DNA from: a virus
Taxonomy: Duplodnaviria; Caudoviricetes
Strand: one strand, 5' to 3'
Length of the DNA: 63,709 nucleotides
IMG/VR virus record: IMGVR_UViG_3300048850_000155
Location: 1 to 63,709 of that record
Position 1 is the stretch's first letter; every line of letters starts with the position of its first letter. The translations under genes and the position numbers were made by a program. The notes under the pieces are model-generated. The model was not told the origin of the DNA. It worked only from the letters and a program-made list of their open reading frames with translations, and did not search any database. Below are positions 57,778-63,709 of this stretch, one piece after another.

Positions 57778-57910
57778 GTTAAGAGGCCTCGCTTTCCTAG
57801 CGGGAGAGCCTTCTCAATTCCGCGGTGTCGGGCGTCGCTGCTTGGACCCTTCTCGGGCAGCGCGAAGAAGTACAACGCGATATTTGTCAGGAATGAGGAG
57901 GGAGGGAAAG

Positions 57911-59782
57911 TTGACGACAAGCATAGAAGGACAGGCTTGGTCCCTTAAGGTTGACATCACATTACTGGGGGGATCCGCGGCTGACTGCGTTATCGAGATT
58001 CGGCCCGGTATCACCACGCTGGTTGGGCCGAATGGAAGCGGAAAGACCCGTGCCCTACGTTCGATTAAGACTGCACTGGAAAGCCGCATCGGATCCTTGG
58101 GGCGCAAGACCCATTTCCTCGCAGCTGGACGCAGCAGTCCATTCGAAGTTTATCGGGCCGCAGTCAACGCTCCGAACATGCGTCAATCAGAAGACGCGGC
58201 CGTTGGTCACATCAACTATCGGAAACAATGGTGGCAGATTGAAAGTGTCACCGGCGGGCTACTGGTACTCGACAGCCGCGCGGACCTACGCCTCAAAATA
58301 GAGGCACGTCTCCAACAGCTGTTCGACCGGAGTGTGCACCTCTCCTGGTCGCAAGAAGGGCTACAGGTCCGAATCTCGCCGACGTCCGGGGGCGCTCCCT
58401 ACGCTGCCAATCACGAAGCCAGCGGTATCCTTCAGCTCGTGGCGCTACTCGCTGCCATTCACAACGACGACATTGGCGCCTTGCTGATCGACGAGCCCGA
58501 GATCTCGTTGCATCCGCAGCACCAAGCATTCGTTCTGGAGGAGATGGAAAAGGTTGCAGGTAACCCGACGGAGCCTGGGCGAAAGCTCATCGTGATTGCT
58601 ACCCATTCAGCATCAATCCTGCCGCTGCGGAGGATAGACGAACTACCGACTATTGTTTTCTTCAACTCCGTGCGTCAGGCGCCGGCACAAGTTCCCAGCG
58701 ACGCCGACATCCTCCAGCGAGTCAAGCTGGCAGCGTTGGTGGCCCGGCTCAGCACTACTCACCGCCTCGCCATGTTCGCCGAGCGCGTGCTGCTGGTCGA
58801 GGGACCGAGCGATGAAATCATCGCGACGCAGCTTGCTCGTCGCTTAGACCTTCGGCTGCTTGCTCGCAACGCACAGATCCTGCCGATCACAGGTAAGGGT
58901 GAATTTGGGGAAACCGCGAAATTGTTGCGCCTGATGAACAAGCAGGTTGCGGTGCTCGCTGATCTCGATGCGCTGGCCGATGACAATAGCCTCGTCGGGC
59001 AATTCAGCGAAATGCCGGAAGCTGCGGCAGTTGCCGAACAACTCGGAAGGACGAAACTCATCGATCTTGACGGTGATCTGCGCACGGCTTTGAACAGGTT
59101 CATGACCAAACACGAAGCGGAAGTTGAGGCGGCCGCCGCAGGTTATCCCGTTTGGTCGAGCAAAGAATCCAGCCCATTGTCCAAGCTTCGCGTGACGCTA
59201 GCGCGCGTGCTTACCGATCCGGCGAGCTTTGGCGTTGCGGCGTCCAGCGATGCGACCAGCTTATGCACCCGATATAAAGCGCTGTTGAATGCCCTCGCTA
59301 AAATCGGATGCTTCTTTTTGAGCCGCGGCGCGATTGAGAATTATTACCAAACCACTGCGGGAGATCGCGGTAAGCCGGGCGCTGCAGCGGATGAAGCAGC
59401 CGGGTTCGATCATAGAGCACCCGGGGAGCTGAAACAGAGTTACGCGGACGTTCTCAATGCACTCTCGTATACCGCGCCGAACCAGCGTGTCGATGAGGAT
59501 TTGCTGCTGCGCCCTAAGCTAGGCGCAGTTTTGACAGCGGCATTCCTCAGCATGAGCCCAGGCAGCACGGACGACCAACTAAACAGCGTCGCCAAGTCTA
59601 CGATCGGCGCGGATGCCGAAGTCTTTAACTTATCCAATCGGTCGTCGGAAGAGGACCTGCGCATCGAAGTCGAGATGGCTTCGCCGTTATTCCCGCGCGC
59701 CACATTCCCCTTCGAGGTTGGCCGGGATGACAATCTGAATAGCGTCATTCCAACCAAACTGCCCGGCATTGGCAAAACATAG
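57911..59782 (+). CDS. OLD-like ATP-dependent nuclease (ABC ATPase + TOPRIM)
   Basis: GPNGSGKT, IDEPEISLHP, ATHS, LVEGPSD, DLD. Confidence 0.85.
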   Translation: MTTSIEGQAWSLKVDITLLGGSAADCVIEIRPGITTLVGPNGSGKTRALRSIKTALESRIGSLGRKTHFLAAGRSSPFEVYRAAVNAPNMRQSEDAAVGHINYRKQWWQIESVTGGLLVLDSRADLRLKIEARLQQLFDRSVHLSWSQEGLQVRISPTSGGAPYAANHEASGILQLVALLAAIHNDDIGALLIDEPEISLHPQHQAFVLEEMEKVAGNPTEPGRKLIVIATHSASILPLRRIDELPTIVFFNSVRQAPAQVPSDADILQRVKLAALVARLSTTHRLAMFAERVLLVEGPSDEIIATQLARRLDLRLLARNAQILPITGKGEFGETAKLLRLMNKQVAVLADLDALADDNSLVGQFSEMPEAAAVAEQLGRTKLIDLDGDLRTALNRFMTKHEAEVEAAAAGYPVWSSKESSPLSKLRVTLARVLTDPASFGVAASSDATSLCTRYKALLNALAKIGCFFLSRGAIENYYQTTAGDRGKPGAAADEAAGFDHRAPGELKQSYADVLNALSYTAPNQRVDEDLLLRPKLGAVLTAAFLSMSPGSTDDQLNSVAKSTIGADAEVFNLSNRSSEEDLRIEVEMASPLFPRATFPFEVGRDDNLNSVIPTKLPGIGKT

Positions 59783-60025
59783 GCGCTACCGGGGCAATTG
59801 GCATTCGGGGACGAAGCGACGGTCTCAGGAAATAGCTCGTTCGAACTGTGGAGCCAACTGCGCCGTAGATAATTAAGTCGCGTCAGTTGGAGTCCCACCC
59901 ATGCCGCGCGGCGGGCGCCTTTTCTTTTTCGCACGCCAGGCCGCAAGATGGTCCAGCCCAATATTATCCCTGATGCCCCGGAACGTCTTTCATTCGTTGT
60001 CGTTCTATGGCCAGGGAGAGCGGCC

Positions 60026-60430
60026 ATGACCGACAATAGCAATGACACCTGGCAGCCTAATCCGCCTGAGTGGTCTGAAGCCGAGCGCGCATTCATTCCG
60101 CGATCGACCAATCTGCACGGCGGCGGCTTGAGCATTGTAAAATACCCGGTACCGAGCCAGCCTGTCGACGAGGAAGACGGAGTCCTCATCACTGATGGAG
60201 ATCGCGCCGCGGTCTATGTGCCATACGGCCATTTCCCTCCAAAGCTGGACGATCGAAAGCTGCAGATTGCCGACGGCTACACAGAAGCTGGTTGGTTCGG
60301 CGAAGCGAATATCGTGTGGCTCACAGACGGCGACCAAAGGGCACCGTACGTACCCTACCGTGTCCTCCGAGCATCGATGCGCACTCTGCCCCTGGGTCAC
60401 GACGACCTCCGCCCCTGGCACAATCGTTAG
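60026..60430 (+). CDS. Hypothetical protein with internal duplication
   Basis: ITDGDRAAVYVPY / LTDGDQRAPYVPY; GGGAG RBS. Confidence 0.55.
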   Translation: MTDNSNDTWQPNPPEWSEAERAFIPRSTNLHGGGLSIVKYPVPSQPVDEEDGVLITDGDRAAVYVPYGHFPPKLDDRKLQIADGYTEAGWFGEANIVWLTDGDQRAPYVPYRVLRASMRTLPLGHDDLRPWHNR

Positions 60431-60449
60431 GCGGCGGCTTGACTCCATT

Positions 60450-60464
60450 GTTCTCATTTTGTTC
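60450..60464 (+). promoter_or_regulatory. Alphaproteobacterial LexA box
   Basis: GTTC-TCATTTT-GTTC. Confidence 0.75.
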
Positions 60465-60484
60465 ACTGATGGCCTGGGGGCGCC

Positions 60485-61186
60485 ATGGAGGTGAACATGT
60501 TTCTCAGCCTCAGCATTGAGGGCGCGCGGCCGGATGAAATTAAGCGCGGGCTGGCGGCTGCGCAAGCGGTCTTCGACGCCTCCGGCGTCACGGCGGTCAG
60601 GGTCGCGAATGCTCGCTTTGCCGTCGAGGGGTGGGATATCGGAGGCTTTGCCGAGGACGGCGTAGATGACGAAGACCTTGAGATCCACGGCCTCTGGGAT
60701 GACGCCAGTGATGCAGCACTGGCAGCGTGCTGCGCAGGATGGGAGCCCACCAGACGACCGGATTCCGCCATGCTGGAACTTGTCAAAACCCGCCGAACTG
60801 AGTTCGATTTGGAAGTGCCGGACGACCCTTCAGATCAGCTCAATGATGACACGATCCGCAAGGGCGTGATCTACGAACTGCATGACCTCACGAAGGGTGC
60901 CGACCGCCTGCGTGACGTTGGCACCATTCAGTACTTCGAAAGCTTTTTCGACTGGTTTCCGGAGGATGGCCCTTGGCAGGCGCCCTCATCCTTTACGAGC
61001 CAGGAATCCGAGGCTGTCGGCAACGTCCTCGCCGTGATGCGTGAGGCTGAAATCTCATCGCGTGAGATCTCGTCCGACGACGCGTTCATCCAGACGGGAT
61101 GGCCCGACCGCGTCAAGGCTGCCGCCGGCCCGGTGCTTGCGCTCTTGATGCAGCGCGGCCTGACCGGCGATCCCCCGCAGACATGA
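60485..61186 (+). CDS. Hypothetical protein, likely SOS-induced
   Basis: Acidic 233-aa ORF directly after the LexA box. Confidence 0.65.
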   Translation: MEVNMFLSLSIEGARPDEIKRGLAAAQAVFDASGVTAVRVANARFAVEGWDIGGFAEDGVDDEDLEIHGLWDDASDAALAACCAGWEPTRRPDSAMLELVKTRRTEFDLEVPDDPSDQLNDDTIRKGVIYELHDLTKGADRLRDVGTIQYFESFFDWFPEDGPWQAPSSFTSQESEAVGNVLAVMREAEISSREISSDDAFIQTGWPDRVKAAAGPVLALLMQRGLTGDPPQT

Positions 61187-61197
61187 ACGGTTTGTGC

Positions 61198-61947
61198 TCA
61201 AAAGAGGCTCAGCACCTGCGGGGGCTCGGCAGGCTCGCCACCATCCTGCTTCACACCCCGCGCCACGATCTGCAGGGCGCCATCCGGCAACGGCCGTTGG
61301 AGCGCCTTCGCCTCATCCCATGACGCCCGCATCCAGACCTCGCGCTCTTCCTCGGTCGTCAAAATGACGGGCATCGCCTTGGGATGAATCGGCGCCACAT
61401 CTGCATTCGGCTCGGTCGTGAGGAAACCGTAAAGATCGCATGTAACCTCGCCCTCTTTGACCTTCCGGACGCAGGTCCAATTGGTCCAGAGGCCGGCGAA
61501 GAAGGCGAGGGGGCGCCTCTCGTCGAGCGCGAACCAGATATCACCGCCGGCAGCGCTGTTGAACTCGCTGAATGACGTGAAGGGCACGAGGCAGCGGTTG
61601 CCCGGACCGAGCCAGCGCCGCCAATGTTGGCTGCTCACGTTGCGGATATTCGTTGTGCCTTTGTCGGGTTCCTTCTTGAGCAGTTCCTTGAAGTCGACGG
61701 TCTGCCCTTTGGCCTCGAGCTTCTGCGCTCGCCTTTGCGCCGCCTCCATCAGCGCCCTCTGAGACGAGGGCATGCCCCATCGCGCCGTCGTTAGTTCCCA
61801 GCCGTCTGGCCCGTTCCGCACGATCGGCGCGAGATAATCGGGATGGATGCCCGGGTACGATGGCAGGTTGCCGGTGCGGTCCACCATGGCGCGCGTCAGC
61901 TGCAGGATGCCCTGCTGGTTGCTCGTCATGCTGTAGAGGTTGCACAC
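61198..61947 (-). CDS. SOS response-associated peptidase (SRAP/YedK)
   Basis: MCNLY (Cys2), [22 protein letters not shown]. Confidence 0.92.
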   Translation of the reverse strand: MCNLYSMTSNQQGILQLTRAMVDRTGNLPSYPGIHPDYLAPIVRNGPDGWELTTARWGMPSSQRALMEAAQRRAQKLEAKGQTVDFKELLKKEPDKGTTNIRNVSSQHWRRWLGPGNRCLVPFTSFSEFNSAAGGDIWFALDERRPLAFFAGLWTNWTCVRKVKEGEVTCDLYGFLTTEPNADVAPIHPKAMPVILTTEEEREVWMRASWDEAKALQRPLPDGALQIVARGVKQDGGEPAEPPQVLSLF

Positions 61948-61950
61948 GGG

Positions 61951-62271
61951 TCATCCTTTCCGTCCGGCGGTGCCTCGCCGCCACACCATCCAATGCGAGC
62001 CCCGGCCGCGCTCGCGCGGGTCGAACGGCTCACCGCCGAAATGCTCCATGAACAGCTTAGCGTGCTCGGCTTCGGCGAAACAGTAGACGTGGTACCACTC
62101 GTTGCGATACCGCACCTCATGCCCCCGCGGTGCGAGCGACAGCGGCGTGCAGAACTCGCGGATTTCAGTGAATCGGCTCCGCGCGGCCTCGCTCGCTAGC
62201 GCGACCTGATGCGGCCAGCGCCGATCCACCTCTGCTGGTGAGAGTTCGCCCTTGCGTCGTGACATGTTCAC
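61951..62271 (-). CDS. Hypothetical protein in SRAP operon
   Basis: IDRRWPHQV-like...YCFA...F...FGGEPFDP. Confidence 0.7.
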   Translation of the reverse strand: MNMSRRKGELSPAEVDRRWPHQVALASEAARSRFTEIREFCTPLSLAPRGHEVRYRNEWYHVYCFAEAEHAKLFMEHFGGEPFDPRERGRGSHWMVWRRGTAGRKG

Positions 62272-62543
62272 ACCGACGCCGCCGCATTGCGCCGATCTGT
62301 GTCGGCGCTAGGCGAGAAGATGACCCGCATGCGCGTCTCGCGGCAGTGCGGACACCAAAGCCGGGTCCCGAGGCGAACGAGCGGGAAGGATGGGCCCTTG
62401 GCCATGAGGAGCGTGTCCAGATCGAGCTCGGCCGAGTAGACGCACTCGCGCCGTCTCTTCATGCCGTCTCCCTTCTCGCTGGCGCACTTCACATGGATGC
62501 GCCACCCGAGCGACCACGCCTCACCCAATGTCTCGACCGCCAT
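62268..62543 (-). CDS. Zn-finger hypothetical protein in SRAP operon
   Basis: ETLGEA, C...C, LWCPHC. Confidence 0.7.
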   Translation of the reverse strand: MAVETLGEAWSLGWRIHVKCASEKGDGMKRRRECVYSAELDLDTLLMAKGPSFPLVRLGTRLWCPHCRETRMRVIFSPSADTDRRNAAASV

Positions 62544-62576
62544 GGCCAGCCTCGTTCACGTCTCCTATTCTACATA

Positions 62577-62591
62577 GAACAGAGCATGAAC
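62577..62591 (-). promoter_or_regulatory. Alphaproteobacterial LexA box
   Basis: GAAC-AGAGCAT-GAAC on + strand, upstream of the SRAP operon. Confidence 0.8.
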
Positions 62592-62632
62592 AGATCACAG
62601 GTCCGGGCGTGTGTCGAGTCGGCTCGCTGCGG

Positions 62633-63709
62633 TCAGGTCTTCTTGACGAGGGGCAGCCAACGCCAGTCGGCGTATTTGTCGCCGGTCTGGCGCAGATGGG
62701 TGTAACGCTGGAGGCTCCCCCACGACCGATGCCCAGATACGGCTGCCACGTGAGGAATGTTCCAGCCTATTTCGAACAGCCGAGACACCCCATCGTGACG
62801 CAGGTCATGGAAATGAAGGTCGTCGATATTGAGCAATTTGCAAGCTCGCGTGAATGCGGCGCCGATTGCGTCTGTCGAATAGGGAAATATCCGATCTGCC
62901 ACACGCGGCGTGGTCTGAACGATGCCGAGGGCCTCATCCGGGAGGTCGCACCAAACGTCGTTGCCAATCTTCTGTCCCGGGTTCTTCATGTCGCGGACCA
63001 GCACCCGCTTATGAGCCGCATTGAGATCTCTCCATCCAATGCGGGTGATCTCCTCCATGCGCCGGGTCGAGAAGATCGCAAAGGCAATGATCCGGTGCAT
63101 CGGCGCTGCGGTTGGCGTGCGCATCTGGCGCTCTGAGAAGTGCGTCATCAGCATCTCAAGTTCGTCGAGGGTAGGGCGCCTGTTCCGCTTCGCGCTCTTG
63201 GCAGTAATTTCCATCCGCCGAAGCACAGCCTGAGCGTCGCGCATTGCATCCCGATTGAGGCGGTACCCCCACGCGGGTTGGGCGACGGCGAACACGGCAG
63301 CCAGGTGCGAAAGGTAGTTTGCCACGGTTTGTGGCTTTCGGCTTTCTGCGAGGAGCTCCGCGAACGACACGATATCGGAGCTGCTGATGGCGCCGCAGTC
63401 CAGCTGGGCGATGTCGTACTCCTTAATCGATCGAAGCACTTGAGTTTTGGTTCTGCCGATCGCCCTGCGGGAGGTTTCTGTGTAGCGATCGATGGCATCG
63501 GCTAGGGTGACGTCCGGCCTCTTGGCGCGATCCAGTGCCCCCGGCGCGGCGAGTTCCGTCTCCCGTTTCCGTATCCACGCTTCCGCCGCCTGTTTCCGGT
63601 CAAAGGTTTGGGCCTCACGGTGAATGATGCTCCCGTTTTGCTTCTTGAGAATCTGGGCGGTATAACCCGTCGTGCCGTCCTTACGTCGGCGCGCAACGAT
63701 GGTTCCCAT
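62633..63709 (-). CDS. int: Tyrosine recombinase/integrase
   Basis: TRRMEEI (R), K, FHDLRH, SGHR...RY. Confidence 0.92.
   Translation of the reverse strand: MGTIVARRRKDGTTGYTAQILKKQNGSIIHREAQTFDRKQAAEAWIRKRETELAAPGALDRAKRPDVTLADAIDRYTETSRRAIGRTKTQVLRSIKEYDIAQLDCGAISSSDIVSFAELLAESRKPQTVANYLSHLAAVFAVAQPAWGYRLNRDAMRDAQAVLRRMEITAKSAKRNRRPTLDELEMLMTHFSERQMRTPTAAPMHRIIAFAIFSTRRMEEITRIGWRDLNAAHKRVLVRDMKNPGQKIGNDVWCDLPDEALGIVQTTPRVADRIFPYSTDAIGAAFTRACKLLNIDDLHFHDLRHDGVSRLFEIGWNIPHVAAVSGHRSWGSLQRYTHLRQTGDKYADWRWLPLVKKT

Larger units (their letters stand above)
1..63709. mobile_element. Temperate siphovirus-like prophage (HK97-type head, non-contractile tail); exact att ends not seen
   Basis: Colinear repressor, replication, terminase, portal, capsid, tail, lysis and integrase modules. 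Confidence 0.95.

Noticed and set aside
57911-59782. Gabija or retron system
   Set aside because: No adjacent UvrD-like GajB or reverse transcriptase.
62592-63709. attL/attR direct repeats
   Set aside because: No terminal repeat found by eye; the window ends at the integrase start, so the att sites probably lie outside it.

Overview
The window is essentially one ~64-kb temperate siphovirus-type prophage of a GC-rich alphaproteobacterium. A Rhizobiales-like host is inferred from DUF982, GTA-like tail genes and alphaproteobacterial LexA boxes. Left to right: leftward early hypothetical genes; CI-type repressor with operator/promoter sites; a rightward replication/recombination block (ParB-like genes, Sak4-like ATPase, DUF669 SSB, phage-encoded beta clamp, gp157, PD-(D/E)XK nuclease, SF2 helicase, three DNA methyltransferases, primase-polymerase/helicase, AT-rich ori candidate); a late regulator with a highly structured ~700-nt non-coding leader; HNH/terminase, HK97-type head and a long non-contractile tail with a -1 frameshifted chaperone; moron methyltransferases; lysis cassette; nucleotide-metabolism genes; and a right-hand accessory region with a LuxR/LuxI quorum-sensing module, an OLD-like ATPase-TOPRIM nuclease, three LexA-boxed units including SRAP, and a tyrosine integrase. 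The most notable signals are (1) genetically encoded ssrA/tmRNA-like degrons (ANDN...AA-stop) plus clamp-binding-like PLF motifs on the three DNA MTases, with a similar tag on the nuclease; (2) a complete prophage-borne LuxI/LuxR circuit with a lux-box-like palindrome, a small intervening ORF and a lone receiver protein; (3) an array of structured, partly tRNA-like RNAs in the late leader. All calls come from reading motifs by eye; no searches were run.
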